DNA from: Cyanobacteriota bacterium
Lineage (GTDB): Bacteria > Cyanobacteriota > Cyanobacteriia > Cyanobacteriales > Nostocaceae
Assembly: GCA_046045965.1 (NCBI GenBank)
Contig: JBJOKS010000021.1
Span: 49,234 to 113,233 of the forward strand
Reading direction: 5' to 3'
DNA: 64,000 nt
The first letter of the stretch is position 1; every line of letters starts with the position of its first letter. The notes below the pieces were generated by a model, which did not search any database, was not told the DNA's origin, and worked only from the letters and a program-made list of their open reading frames with translations. A program made the translations under genes and the position numbers. Shown in pieces: positions 50,296 through 61,381 of the stretch.

Positions 50296-52506
50296 TCATC
50301 CAGCAAACTCATAGCGATTTTTTCCCAAATTTTTTGCCCGGTACATTGCTGTGTCAGCTTGTGTAATTAAGGTTTCACTGTTTTCGCTGTTTATTGGGTA
50401 AATACTAATGCCAATGCTGGCAGAAATTATAGTAATATGACCATTCAAAATAATTGGCTCAGTTATGACACTTAAAAGTTTTTCTGCCACTGTTGCAGCT
50501 ACTTGCTTGTTAGTAATAGCCCGTAAAATTACAGTAAATTCATCACCACCCAAACGAGAAATTGTATCACTGGCACGTAAGGCATTATTCAGGCGTTGAG
50601 CAATAATAACCAGTAAGCGATCGCCCATGTCATGTCCCAAAGTATCATTAATTTTTTTAAAGCCATCTAAATCAATAAATAATAATCCCAACATGAAATT
50701 ATGAGTTTGCGACCAATTAAAAGATTCAGAAAGTTGTTCATGGAAAAATTTGCGATTGTATAAACCAGTGAGAGGGTCATGGTATGCTAATTGGCGCAAT
50801 TGGACTTCCTGGAGTTTCAATTCATGATTGGAGCGAAATAAATCATCAGCAGTACGCTTGAGTTCTTCCTCCATTTGTTTGCGTTGAGTGATATCTCTAA
50901 TCACACCAACTAGAAATAAATTACCAGCTGCATCTTTGTGGAGCGATCGCTTAGTAGCTATCAAATGAATCTTACCATAAGCATCAGTAAATTCCTCTTC
51001 ATTTTCCTGGGTTTGTTGAGTCTGAAAAACCTGATTATCTTGTTCCCTAAATACATCGGCTTGATGTTGTGGAAAAAGGTCATAGTCTGATTTTTCCATC
51101 AATAAATTATAGGGATAACCGATAAATTGACAATAGGCTTCGTTTAAAACAATCCACTGATATTTTTCATTTTTGACAAAAATCGGATCAGAAATTGTAT
51201 TGATAACTTGATGTAAAAACTCCTGAGAGCGTTTTAGTTCTTCCTGTATATAAGCAATATAAAAAGTCATAGCGATCGCTGAACTGCAAAAAGTCAACAT
51301 GGCGGGAACAATGGGTATCCACCACCCAAATAAAAAGGCAATATAAACAGTTATGATCAACACCAAAACAGAAAGTAAAAATATGAATATACTATTTATA
51401 GGCTGTTTAATTCGTGATATAATTACCGAGCCAAACAAAGACCAAATCACAATCCATAAGCTTTCTGAAAAATCAGACCAAACTTTAAGTAAAGGTCTTC
51501 CTTCTAAAGCAGCAGAAATTAATTCACTGATAAAATAAGCTTGCAATTGGACACCAGCTACAGGTTTAGCCTCACTCATACCTATCAAACGACTGGAGTA
51601 AGGAATAAATACAAAATCCTGAAGACTAGGAGCAGTAGAACCGATGAGTATAATGCGATCGCGAATCAATTTTTCTGAAACTTTATTATCTAATACATCA
51701 CTTAAAGATACATGAGCATAACCACAAGGTTGGACAGATGAATTGTGACAAAGAGGTTTAGGAAAATTAGACAGAATTTGGTAGCCTCTAGCATCAGCAC
51801 CTACATAAGCACCATTATTACTTTCAAACCGAGTAAACACAGCCTTACCTAACTGCAAATATTCAGGATTTTTGGCAGATTTTTGAGGTGTAATGCCCTC
51901 GGACTTCAGATATAATAAAGCTAGTTTCAAAGCAAAACTTTGATAAGCTTGATTATTAAAATGCAGATATAACAAACTGCGACGGACTTTGCCATCAGGA
52001 TCATACAACAAATTGTTGAAACCCACCTGAACACTTTGATTTAATTCTGGAGCAGGTAAAACCCTATTATCTTTGTTAGTGGTCAGTAATTCAATTCCGA
52101 TTAAATTTGGTATGGAATTATAAGCATTTACCAGTTTTTCATGACCAGATTTTACAGGCAAATCTCTATAAATATCTAAGCCAATTGCACGGGGTTTATA
52201 GTCTTTTAATTTTAACAACACCTGAGCTATTTTCTGATCAGAAATCGGCCAAGAACCAGCTTGACGAACCGACTTTTCATCAATAGCAACTATAGTGATG
52301 CGTTCATCTGCTGCTTCATAGGGACGTAAGCGAAAAAATTGATCTAAAGCTGCTAACTCCAAAGACTGTAATAGTCCCAAAAATCGCAACAGCAGTACAC
52401 AAATGCTAATCACCCCAACAGTTATTAATTCTTTGCGTCCTTGACTCAACTTGTGTTTAATTTCTGATATAACTTGCAGAACATGACTGCTTAACTGCTG
52501 ATTCAT
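50296..52506 (-). CDS. CHASE2-PAS-GGDEF diguanylate cyclase
   Basis: CHASE2 (ITIVAIDE, WP, AIGLDIYRDLPV, DPDGKVRR), 3 TM, PAS, HDPLTGL, RASD I-site, RLGGDEF. Confidence 0.93.
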   Translation of the reverse strand: MNQQLSSHVLQVISEIKHKLSQGRKELITVGVISICVLLLRFLGLLQSLELAALDQFFRLRPYEAADERITIVAIDEKSVRQAGSWPISDQKIAQVLLKLKDYKPRAIGLDIYRDLPVKSGHEKLVNAYNSIPNLIGIELLTTNKDNRVLPAPELNQSVQVGFNNLLYDPDGKVRRSLLYLHFNNQAYQSFALKLALLYLKSEGITPQKSAKNPEYLQLGKAVFTRFESNNGAYVGADARGYQILSNFPKPLCHNSSVQPCGYAHVSLSDVLDNKVSEKLIRDRIILIGSTAPSLQDFVFIPYSSRLIGMSEAKPVAGVQLQAYFISELISAALEGRPLLKVWSDFSESLWIVIWSLFGSVIISRIKQPINSIFIFLLSVLVLIITVYIAFLFGWWIPIVPAMLTFCSSAIAMTFYIAYIQEELKRSQEFLHQVINTISDPIFVKNEKYQWIVLNEAYCQFIGYPYNLLMEKSDYDLFPQHQADVFREQDNQVFQTQQTQENEEEFTDAYGKIHLIATKRSLHKDAAGNLFLVGVIRDITQRKQMEEELKRTADDLFRSNHELKLQEVQLRQLAYHDPLTGLYNRKFFHEQLSESFNWSQTHNFMLGLLFIDLDGFKKINDTLGHDMGDRLLVIIAQRLNNALRASDTISRLGGDEFTVILRAITNKQVAATVAEKLLSVITEPIILNGHITIISASIGISIYPINSENSETLITQADTAMYRAKNLGKNRYEFAG

Positions 52507-52714
52507 GAAAACCTCGTTTGAGTGCAATACAAAAATTACACCAATAGCTGATAGGTAAATAACGGACACATTTTGATTTTTGCTTCCTCAAGATATAGCA
52601 GAAGGCAAGAGGCAATAGGCAAAAGGCAAGAGTAAAACCCTTATTATTCTTTGGTTTCAAGGACTAATTATGTCCTAATTATCTTGGCTACAGCTATATT
52701 TTAAGCGGAATTAG

Positions 52715-52752
52715 CAAAATCCCCAGCTTCAGTTATTACTTAAGCCGGGGAT
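52715..52752 (-). terminator. Possible terminator downstream of the VKOR gene
   Basis: ATCCCC.GCTT...AAGC.GGGGAT hairpin followed by TTTT on the minus strand. Confidence 0.45.
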
Positions 52753-52809
52753 AGAGTCATGTATTAGCAGTATCAGATTTCAGTCATCATCCAAGACTTT
52801 ATCAGTGGT

Positions 52810-53802
52810 TTACCTAAAATACTTGAAGTTTCGAGAACCTGTATAACTAGTAAGATTTGCCAGTTCTTCTAAGTTCTGCACTCCGCTATAGATTTTACCA
52901 TTGATAATCCACGAGGGGAAACCTTGAATTTTCGCAGCTTGACATAATTCTGGCTTACCTTTGGGACTGTCCGCAGCACACTCTACAGCAATATTATCAC
53001 TGATGATTTTATAAGCTTCTTTACCAAACAGCAGCTTTTGTTCGTGACAATGAGGACACCAATAGGCTACATATTCCTGAGCGCCAACTTTGACTAAATG
53101 CTCTGCCAAAGCAATTTCAGCTTCTCCAGAAATGGTGTTTATTTCCCATCCAAATTCAGGGTTGGGTTTTTTCTGGGGAACAGGGGGAATTCTTCCTTCT
53201 GTTATAGGTGAGGAACCAGCATCAGGATTGGGATTAATACCAGAATAAACGCCTAAAGTACCAATCAGCGTCACCATGACGACAATAACGCCTGTAAAGA
53301 GGATTTGCCCTACATCTTCCCAGTCACGTCCCAGGATGGTGAGGGTGAGCATACTCAAAGCAAAGAGAGCCGAAGCAATACAGTAGTAACATAGGGCTTG
53401 GAGTTTAAATGCCAGAACATACATTAAATATGCACTAAATACTGACATAGCGATCGCTCCCACCAACAGCAACCACCAAGTCAGATTTTCTATTTGTTTA
53501 GTATTTTTCTTGCTTTCTTTCTCTTCTGATTTTAATGCCAGGGGAGCTAAAGCCAAGACGAACATACCAATGTATGCCAGCAAGCCAAACAGAGCTAAAG
53601 GCTGACCAAAAACCGTACCCCAAGGGCTGGAAAGTACATCAGTACAACCTTTAACACCTTCTGGTGTAGTACAAACAGCATTACCTCCTGTGAGCTTTTC
53701 AAAGGTGAGATAACCTGTGTTGAGGATACCCAGCCCAGCGATCGCCCCAATTAACGGACGCGACCATTTATGAATCCAAGGAGTAGAACGACGGCGAATC
53801 AT
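52810..53802 (-). CDS. VKOR-thioredoxin fusion (disulfide-bond formation, DsbAB-like)
   Basis: C..GCTDVLSSPWG, CYYC, WCPHC. Confidence 0.93.
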   Translation of the reverse strand: MIRRRSTPWIHKWSRPLIGAIAGLGILNTGYLTFEKLTGGNAVCTTPEGVKGCTDVLSSPWGTVFGQPLALFGLLAYIGMFVLALAPLALKSEEKESKKNTKQIENLTWWLLLVGAIAMSVFSAYLMYVLAFKLQALCYYCIASALFALSMLTLTILGRDWEDVGQILFTGVIVVMVTLIGTLGVYSGINPNPDAGSSPITEGRIPPVPQKKPNPEFGWEINTISGEAEIALAEHLVKVGAQEYVAYWCPHCHEQKLLFGKEAYKIISDNIAVECAADSPKGKPELCQAAKIQGFPSWIINGKIYSGVQNLEELANLTSYTGSRNFKYFR

Positions 53803-53942
53803 AGTTATTAGTTATTAGTCATTAGTCAGGAGTCATTAGTCATTAGTCATTAGTTGTTTCTTCCCCTGCCTCCCCTGCCTCCCCTGCCTCCCTTGCTTTC
53901 TGTACCCAGTCAACGGTCCCCAGTCAAGGGTCCCCACAGTCC

Positions 53943-54791
53943 CTAAGAATGTAACTTTACAGAGGGGCTTGATTTAGTTTCACCTTTGGAATTCCAACTC
54001 CGGTGAGCAGCTTCCACAAATTGACTGACGCGAATTGGATCAATGGGTTGCGAAATTTGACCATGACGTTTTAAAGAACTGGAAACAATCACACCATCTG
54101 CTGCTTGCATCAGCGTACCAACATTTTCCCAATTAGCTCCACTACCAATAAATACTGGTGTACCAGCCGCCGCACCAGAAGCTAGTTCTAAATCTTCTAA
54201 ATTGGGAGGGCTACCAGTTGCCCAGCCTGATAAAATTACCCCATCTGCCAGTCCTCTTTCTATTGTGTCTTTAACAGCAACTGTTAGGTTAGGAGAACTT
54301 AAAGGACGGGCGTGTTTGACGAGGACATCAGCCAGGATTTGCACATCAGAACCTAGTTCTCGCCGATAGCGGAGTAATTGATGAGCTTCTCCCTCTATTA
54401 ATCCTTGATCGGTAGCCATCACACCTGTGAGGACGTTAACCCGGATAAATTGGGCTTTTACACAACTAGCGATCGCCATTGCACTTTTCCCATCATTCCT
54501 TAAAACATTTAAACCCACAGGCAAAGTCACTAAATTCTGTATTCGTTGCACCACCACAGTCATCGCACTGACCACAGCCGGATCAACTTGGTTTTTAGTA
54601 AACGGAGCATCGAAGAAATTTTCTACAATTAAGCCGTCTACCCCTCCACTGGCAAGGGCTGTAGCTTCTTGTTCAGCGCGGTCAATTACCGCTTTCAGGC
54701 TACCTCCCCAACGAGCTGAGGTAGGTAAGGGTAGCAGGTGAACTACGCCAATAATCGGTTTGCGAGTTTTGAATAGTTGATATAAGTCCAC
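53943..54791 (-). CDS. btpA: Photosystem I biogenesis protein BtpA
   Basis: IIGVVHLLPLP, ENFFDAPF, NVLRND, DVLVKHA; GTG start (MDLYQLF). Confidence 0.95.
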   Translation of the reverse strand: MDLYQLFKTRKPIIGVVHLLPLPTSARWGGSLKAVIDRAEQEATALASGGVDGLIVENFFDAPFTKNQVDPAVVSAMTVVVQRIQNLVTLPVGLNVLRNDGKSAMAIASCVKAQFIRVNVLTGVMATDQGLIEGEAHQLLRYRRELGSDVQILADVLVKHARPLSSPNLTVAVKDTIERGLADGVILSGWATGSPPNLEDLELASGAAAGTPVFIGSGANWENVGTLMQAADGVIVSSSLKRHGQISQPIDPIRVSQFVEAAHRSWNSKGETKSSPSVKLHS

Positions 54792-55695
54792 GTCTTTAAT
54801 TTGCTTGGCAAAGTCCAGTGTTGAAAATTTTTTTTCCAGCCTCAAAGCTCAAAAGGTGAGAATACTTATCTGCTTTGGCGTGTTATTCAGAAGTTAATCA
54901 ATCTCCTCCTGCTCAAGATGGAAATTGGCGTTAAACCTTTCATAAGATATGTTAAGATAAAACTTGGCTACAAGAGGAGTTTGCCACTCACAAGACGCAA
55001 GGCAGCTTCCCGTGGTTTGGGCATCTTGTCCGCGCATCGTCGCAGCACCAGCCTGAAGTAGGGTAGCATTACTGCTTTATGGGCGCAGTCGCGTTCGCGA
55101 TTTCCCTGAGGGTAGCGACTTCTCACAAACAGCCCTTTGGGCGGCTTCCCGATGGGTAAATTAACAACGCACACGCTGGGGTAATATAAAATACCAATAA
55201 GCGAATCGTTAAAAAATATTAAGAGTGTCACAAATACCCAAAGACACTTAAATTTACCCTGGGAAACAGATTAATAAAAACATCATAACATGACCTCTAT
55301 ATCTTTACTGATTAGGGTCATACGTCCACGGGCATTTACAAAGAACTACTGGTAGTGGAAATTTACTGAGGTAGCTTGCTAGTTAGGGAAAAGGTGACAG
55401 GTGAGTCAAAACTTGATTGGGGGGGTTTACTCCATCAGGGACTGGCTTTAACCCCAGGAAGACAAAGCAGAGAGAGAACACAAAGAATATTTATATTTTT
55501 TGCTTCTGCTTTTTACCGATTACCAATTACCGATTACGGTTTACCGATTACGGATTACCAATTACCAGCCTAAACTAGACAAATAGCAACTTGGGTTATT
55601 ACTGCTGTGTCCTGATGAGGGATCGGGAAAAAGTACCTACTTAATGTTTGTAATGATTGAATACAAGAGAAAAAAACTGAAGATACTTTCAAAAT

Positions 55696-57018
55696 ATGGG
55701 TGACAAGCCAACAATTGCCATTTCTCACCTGGGCTGCGAGAAAAACCGAATAGATACAGAACATATGTTAGGACTGCTGGTAGAAGCAGGATATGGTGTA
55801 GACACAAATGAAGAGTTAGCTGATTATGTAATTGTAAATACTTGTAGTTTTATCGAAGCCGCCAGGGAAGAATCGGTAAGAACTTTAGTAGAATTAGCAG
55901 AAGCTAATAAAAAAGTAGTGATTACTGGTTGCATGGCGCAACACTTTCAAGAACAATTATTGGAAGAGTTGCCAGAAGCAGTAGCCGTGGTTGGCACAGG
56001 TGACTATCACAAAATTGTCAATGTAATTGAGCGAGTAGAACAGGGAGAGCGAGTTAAACAAATTAGCGCCGAACCCACCTATATAGCTGATGAAACTACA
56101 CCACGCTACCGGACAACAACTGAAGGAGTAGCATACCTGAGAGTTGCCGAAGGATGCGATTATCGTTGTGCATTTTGTATAATTCCTTATTTAAGAGGAA
56201 ACCAGCGATCGCGTACTATTGAATCAATAGTTGCTGAAGCCGAGCAATTGGCAAGCCAAGGGGTAAAAGAAATTATTCTAATTTCCCAAATCACCACTAA
56301 TTATGGTTTGGATATTTACGGTAAGCCAAAGTTAGCGGAATTGCTTCGCGCTTTAGGGAAAGTAGACGTACCGTGGATCAGAATACATTATGCTTATCCT
56401 ACCGGACTCACCCCAGATGTGATCGCGGCAATTCAAGAAACACCAAATGTTCTGCCTTATTTAGATTTGCCCTTGCAGCATTCTCATCCAGAGATTCTCC
56501 GCGCTATGAATCGTCCTTGGCAGGGACGGGTAAATGATGGAATTATTGAGCGCATCAAAGCTGCGCTACCATCAGCAGTGTTGCGAACCACATTTATTGT
56601 TGGTTTCCCTGGAGAGACAGAGGCGCATTTTCAGCATTTACTAGAGTTTACCAAGCGACACGAATTTGATCATGTTGGTGTCTTCACCTTTTCACCGGAA
56701 GAGGAAACCCCCGCCTACAATTTGCCAAATCAACTACCACAAGAACTGATGGTAGAGCGTCGTGATCAACTCATGGCACTTCAGCAACCCATTTCCCTGC
56801 ACAGAAATCAACAGGAAATTGGCAAAATAGTTGATGTCCTGATTGAGCAACAAAACCCCGAAAGTGGAGAATTAATCGGCCGTTCCGGCAGATTTTCCCC
56901 AGAAGTCGATGGTCTGGTCTATGTTAAAGGCGACGCAGGGCTAGGAACTATAGTACCAGTCAAAATCCACAGTGCCGATGCCTACGACCTCTATGGTGAA
57001 GTTGTCATTAGTCATTAG
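55696..57018 (+). CDS. rimO: Ribosomal protein S12 methylthiotransferase RimO
   Basis: [35 protein letters not shown] domain. Confidence 0.97.
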   Translation: MGDKPTIAISHLGCEKNRIDTEHMLGLLVEAGYGVDTNEELADYVIVNTCSFIEAAREESVRTLVELAEANKKVVITGCMAQHFQEQLLEELPEAVAVVGTGDYHKIVNVIERVEQGERVKQISAEPTYIADETTPRYRTTTEGVAYLRVAEGCDYRCAFCIIPYLRGNQRSRTIESIVAEAEQLASQGVKEIILISQITTNYGLDIYGKPKLAELLRALGKVDVPWIRIHYAYPTGLTPDVIAAIQETPNVLPYLDLPLQHSHPEILRAMNRPWQGRVNDGIIERIKAALPSAVLRTTFIVGFPGETEAHFQHLLEFTKRHEFDHVGVFTFSPEEETPAYNLPNQLPQELMVERRDQLMALQQPISLHRNQQEIGKIVDVLIEQQNPESGELIGRSGRFSPEVDGLVYVKGDAGLGTIVPVKIHSADAYDLYGEVVISH

Positions 57019-57121
57019 TCATTGGTCATTGGTTATATCTTTAATTTCCCATGACCTAATTTTCAAATAAGTATCGGTTTACAAGACCCAAACTCACAAT
57101 CAATAAAATCGAGGAGAATTA

Positions 57122-58666
57122 ATGAATCTTACCTTTCAAGAACTAGGCATTTCCCAAGAGCGTGTTGAAATTCTAGAAAAACTTGGCTTTACCACACCCA
57201 CAAATATTCAGGCTCAAGCTGTTCCCCAGCTGTTAGCAGGTCGTGATGTGGTTGGTCAATCACAAACAGGAACAGGCAAAACAGCAGCCTTTTCACTGCC
57301 AATGTTAGAAAAACTGGATGTGAGCAAAAGGGCTGTACAAGCCATTGTGCTAACACCTACCCGTGAATTAGCAATGCAAGTTCACGATGCTATTTCCCAA
57401 TTCATGGGTAATGACGGACTGCGCGTTTTGGCTATTTACGGTGGTCAGTCAATTGACCGTCAAATGATGCAACTAAAACGCGGTGTTCATGTTGTCGTAG
57501 GTACACCAGGGCGAGTAATCGACTTGCTAGAGCGTGGTAGTTTAAAACTCGACCAGGTGAAATGGTTTGTTTTAGATGAAGCTGATGAAATGTTGAGCAT
57601 GGGCTTTATCGATGATGTGATCAGAATTTTGTCCCAAGCGCCTGAAGATCGGCAAACGGCTTTATTCTCGGCAACTATGCCCCCATCCATTCGCCAATTG
57701 GTGAACAAGTTTTTAAACTCTCCAGTGACTGTCACCGTTGAGCAACAAAAAGCTTCACCCAATAAAATCAATCAGGTAGCTTACCTGATTCCCCGCCACT
57801 GGACAAAAGCTAAAGCTTTACAGCCAATTCTGGAAATGGAAGATCCAGAAACAGCTTTAATCTTTGTTCGCACCAGACGCACAGCCGCAGAATTGACCAA
57901 TCAATTGCAAGCTGCTGGTCATAGTGTGGATGAATATCATGGTGACTTGTCCCAACAAGCGCGGGAAAGATTATTGACCCGTTTCCGTAATCGCCAAGTA
58001 CGCTGGGTGGTAGCGACTGATATTGCTGCACGGGGTTTAGATGTGGATCTACTTTCCCACGTGATCAACTTTGATTTACCCGATAGCGTGGAAACCTACG
58101 TTCACAGAATTGGCCGGACAGGTCGTGCTGGTAAAGAAGGAACTGCGATTTCTTTGGTACAACCCTTTGAACGCCGCAAACAACAGGCATTTGAACGCCA
58201 TAACCGCCAAAATTGGCAGGTGTTAACAATTCCTACCAGAGCGCAAATTGAAGCCAGACACATCAAAAAATTGCAAGAACAGGTAGCAGAAGCGTTAACT
58301 GGTGAACGTCTAGCTTCATTTTTACCAATCATTAGTGAATTGATTGAAAAATATGATGCTCAAGCGATCGCTGCTGCGGCTTTGCAAATTGCTTATGATC
58401 AAACCCGTCCTGACTGGTTGCAATCTGGTGTAGACCTTCCCCAAGAAGAACCATCTCCCAAACCTAAGCTCAACAAGCGTCGTGATGGTGGTGAACAACC
58501 ACGCAGCAGTGGTGAACGTGGTGAACGTATTGGACGTTCTTCTTGGTCTAAATCTGACAACAATGGTGATGAAGGACGGGGATCAGCCAAACCCAAGTTA
58601 CGAACAAACCGCCGCGAACCTTCTGTTACACCTAGCAATCAAAAACTAGGTTCACATAGGGAATAG
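57122..58666 (+). CDS. crhR: Cyanobacterial DEAD-box RNA helicase (CrhR/CrhB type)
   Basis: QTGTGKT, PTRELA, DEAD, SAT, HRIGRTGR; rimO-helicase pairing as known in cyanobacteria. Confidence 0.92.
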   Translation: MNLTFQELGISQERVEILEKLGFTTPTNIQAQAVPQLLAGRDVVGQSQTGTGKTAAFSLPMLEKLDVSKRAVQAIVLTPTRELAMQVHDAISQFMGNDGLRVLAIYGGQSIDRQMMQLKRGVHVVVGTPGRVIDLLERGSLKLDQVKWFVLDEADEMLSMGFIDDVIRILSQAPEDRQTALFSATMPPSIRQLVNKFLNSPVTVTVEQQKASPNKINQVAYLIPRHWTKAKALQPILEMEDPETALIFVRTRRTAAELTNQLQAAGHSVDEYHGDLSQQARERLLTRFRNRQVRWVVATDIAARGLDVDLLSHVINFDLPDSVETYVHRIGRTGRAGKEGTAISLVQPFERRKQQAFERHNRQNWQVLTIPTRAQIEARHIKKLQEQVAEALTGERLASFLPIISELIEKYDAQAIAAAALQIAYDQTRPDWLQSGVDLPQEEPSPKPKLNKRRDGGEQPRSSGERGERIGRSSWSKSDNNGDEGRGSAKPKLRTNRREPSVTPSNQKLGSHRE

Positions 58667-58780
58667 GGGTTTGAGTTAATTTTGGATTTTGGATTTTGGA
58701 TTGAAATTTAGGAATTGATGGAATTGTAAACTGTTCATTTTTCGTAATCTAAAATCACCAATCTAAAATCTAAAATTGTG

Positions 58781-59716
58781 TCAAGGGCGGGTAATTGTGT
58801 CTAACTCGCCTAATTCATCATTTGTCATTTGCCAACCTAAAGCGCCAACATTCTGTTTTACTTGTTCGGCGTTTTTAACCCCAGCAATGGGTATTACGTT
58901 CCCCTGAGCGATTAACCAGTTAAGGGCTACTTGGGCAGGGGTGCGACCATATTTTTCACCTATTTTCTGTAATAAAGATAATACTGGGGCAATTTTATTT
59001 AAACCATCTTGACTAAATCGCGGGTCTATGCTTCTTGCACCTGTGGGTTTGTAGGCGGTGGTATATTTGCCTGTTAATAATCCCTGAGCTAAGGGACTAT
59101 AAGCTAAAATTGTGACATTTAAATCACGGGCAGTTTGGAAAATACCGTTTGTTTCAATTTGGCGTGTTAATAGAGAATAACGCACCTGGTTAACGGCTAA
59201 AGGTACTCCTCTGGCAGCTAATATTTGATGTGCTTCTTGCATTTGTGATGCAGAATAATTACTGACACCTACTGCACCGATTCTTCCCTTATGCACTTCA
59301 TCAGCTAAGGTGTTCATCAAAGTTTCTTGAGAAAGAAAGAAAGCAAATGGCCAATGAACTTGGTATAATTCAATTCTTTCAAGTTGTAGACGTTGGAGAC
59401 TTGCTGTTAACGCTTCAGATACAGATTTTCCATCCCAACGCCAAGGTAATGGTCCAAATTTAGTCGCAATTTGGATTTTTTGGGATGTTTGTTTGATGAA
59501 CTTTCCTAAAAACTCTTCCGAAAGTCCTAAACCGTAAACTTCCGCAGTATCGAAAAAAGTGACACCAGCATCTAAAGCTGCGGTAAAAGCTGCTTGTAGC
59601 TGTTCTTCACCGTAACTATCACCATAGTTCCAAAAAAGTTTATCACCCCAAGCCCATGTTCCTATACACAAAGGAGGAACAGCTACGCCATTTTGACCTA
59701 ATGCGATCGCTTCCAT
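58781..59716 (-). CDS. Aldo/keto reductase
   Basis: GTWAWG, FDTAEVYG, IATKF, AYSPLAQGLLTGKY. Confidence 0.93.
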   Translation of the reverse strand: MEAIALGQNGVAVPPLCIGTWAWGDKLFWNYGDSYGEEQLQAAFTAALDAGVTFFDTAEVYGLGLSEEFLGKFIKQTSQKIQIATKFGPLPWRWDGKSVSEALTASLQRLQLERIELYQVHWPFAFFLSQETLMNTLADEVHKGRIGAVGVSNYSASQMQEAHQILAARGVPLAVNQVRYSLLTRQIETNGIFQTARDLNVTILAYSPLAQGLLTGKYTTAYKPTGARSIDPRFSQDGLNKIAPVLSLLQKIGEKYGRTPAQVALNWLIAQGNVIPIAGVKNAEQVKQNVGALGWQMTNDELGELDTITRP

Positions 59717-59864
59717 TTTGCTAAAATAGATTATATTTACATTTCTTTACTTATTTAGTTTAGCGTTTTCCCTTAACCTGTTCAGGTGACTCCACAGTGG
59801 TTGAACATTTCGGTTTATCTTGATTAATGAGATTAAATTCTGTAAACCATCTCAAACAGTAGCT

Positions 59865-61298
59865 ATGACAATTGACGATACATTTAATACCCCAAAAGAC
59901 TCTCTAGCAGTCCCAAAGGTCGATATACCGACCATGTTTAGGTTAGGATTTTTTCAGATGGGGTTGAGTATGATGTCTATTTTGACTCTGGGGGTATTAA
60001 ACAGAGTCATGATTCAGGAAATAGCGATTCCGGCTACAATAGTGGCTTTAGTGTTAGCTATACCTGCTTTTGTATCTCCTACCCGGATTTTATTTGGACA
60101 GATGTCAGATGCTAAACCGTTGTTAGGTTATCATCGTACTGCTTATGTGTGGGTGGGAGCAGGAATATTTGCGATCGCTGCTTTTTTAGCTGTACAAGTA
60201 ATATGGCAGTTAAACGCCGCAAGTAGTGGTGATAGCTGGGTATGGACAACTACAACTATTGCTTGGACAGGAGTTTTAGGTTTAGTGTTCGCTGTTTATG
60301 GTTTAGCAATTTGCGTCAGTGGGACGACATTTGCAGCTTTGTTAGTAGATATTTCCGAAGAAGATAACCGTTCCCAAGTCGTTGGTATTGTTTGGTCAAT
60401 GCTAATGGTAGGTATTATAGTTGGGGCTATTGTTAGTTCTAGTTTATTAAAACAACTGGATGGAAATGCACCTTTAGAAACTTTACAATCTGCCATTAAT
60501 AGACTATTTATCATTGTTCCCAGTGTGGTATTTAGTTTATCAATAATTGCTACTTTGGGTGTAGAAAAAAAATATTCTCGTTTTTCTAATCGTTCCACAC
60601 CAGGAAACAGAGAAGATAATATTAGCATTAGTAAAGCTTGGTCAATATTAACAGCTAGTCCGCAAACAGGGATATTTTTCACCTTTTTATTGGTGATGAC
60701 TATCAGCTTGTTTATGCAAGATCCAATTTTAGAACCTTATGCGGGTGAAGTATTTAATATGCCGTTAGCTGAAAGTACCCAACTCAACGTTTTTTATGGT
60801 ATAGGTATTTTAATTGCTTATGGGATCACAGGATTTTTCATTGTTCCACGTTTGGGTAAACGGAGAACTATCAAATTAGGCTGTATTTTAGTAGCTTTTT
60901 CTGCTTTATTACTCAGCTTTTCTGGCTTTTCTGCTAATCCTAATTTCCTAAAATTTGGTTTAGTGATATTTGGTTTATCTACAGGTTTTTTAACTACAGC
61001 AGCAGTGAGTTTAATGTTAGATTTAACAGTAGCAGAAGCAGCAGGTACTTTTATTGGTGCATGGGGACTAGCACAATCTATATCTAGAGGAATAGCTGTA
61101 GTAATTGGTGGTACTGTTTTAGATATTGGTCGCAATTTGTTTGCTAATAATTTAGTATTAGCTTATGGTATGGTTTTTTGTTTGGAAGCTTTGGGAATGA
61201 TCATTTCTCTTTGGTTCTTAAAGCGAGTCAATGTGACAGAATTTCAAACCAATACTAAACAAGCTTTAGCTTCTGTTTTAGAAAGTGATTTAGATTAA
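59865..61298 (+). CDS. PucC-like/BCD family MFS transporter
   Basis: RLGFFQ, LNRVMI.E, QDPILEPY, GTFIGAWG.AQ. Confidence 0.9.
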   Translation: MTIDDTFNTPKDSLAVPKVDIPTMFRLGFFQMGLSMMSILTLGVLNRVMIQEIAIPATIVALVLAIPAFVSPTRILFGQMSDAKPLLGYHRTAYVWVGAGIFAIAAFLAVQVIWQLNAASSGDSWVWTTTTIAWTGVLGLVFAVYGLAICVSGTTFAALLVDISEEDNRSQVVGIVWSMLMVGIIVGAIVSSSLLKQLDGNAPLETLQSAINRLFIIVPSVVFSLSIIATLGVEKKYSRFSNRSTPGNREDNISISKAWSILTASPQTGIFFTFLLVMTISLFMQDPILEPYAGEVFNMPLAESTQLNVFYGIGILIAYGITGFFIVPRLGKRRTIKLGCILVAFSALLLSFSGFSANPNFLKFGLVIFGLSTGFLTTAAVSLMLDLTVAEAAGTFIGAWGLAQSISRGIAVVIGGTVLDIGRNLFANNLVLAYGMVFCLEALGMIISLWFLKRVNVTEFQTNTKQALASVLESDLD

Positions 61299-61381
61299 AG
61301 GGAACAGGGAACAGGGAACAGGGAACAGGGAACAGGGAAGAAAGTAATTACAACTTATAACTGATAACTGATAAATAAAAA

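Noticed and set aside
54968..55231. 87-aa minus-strand ORF
   Set aside because: No recognisable motif or RBS and atypical composition; better explained as the antisense frame of a structured RNA region.
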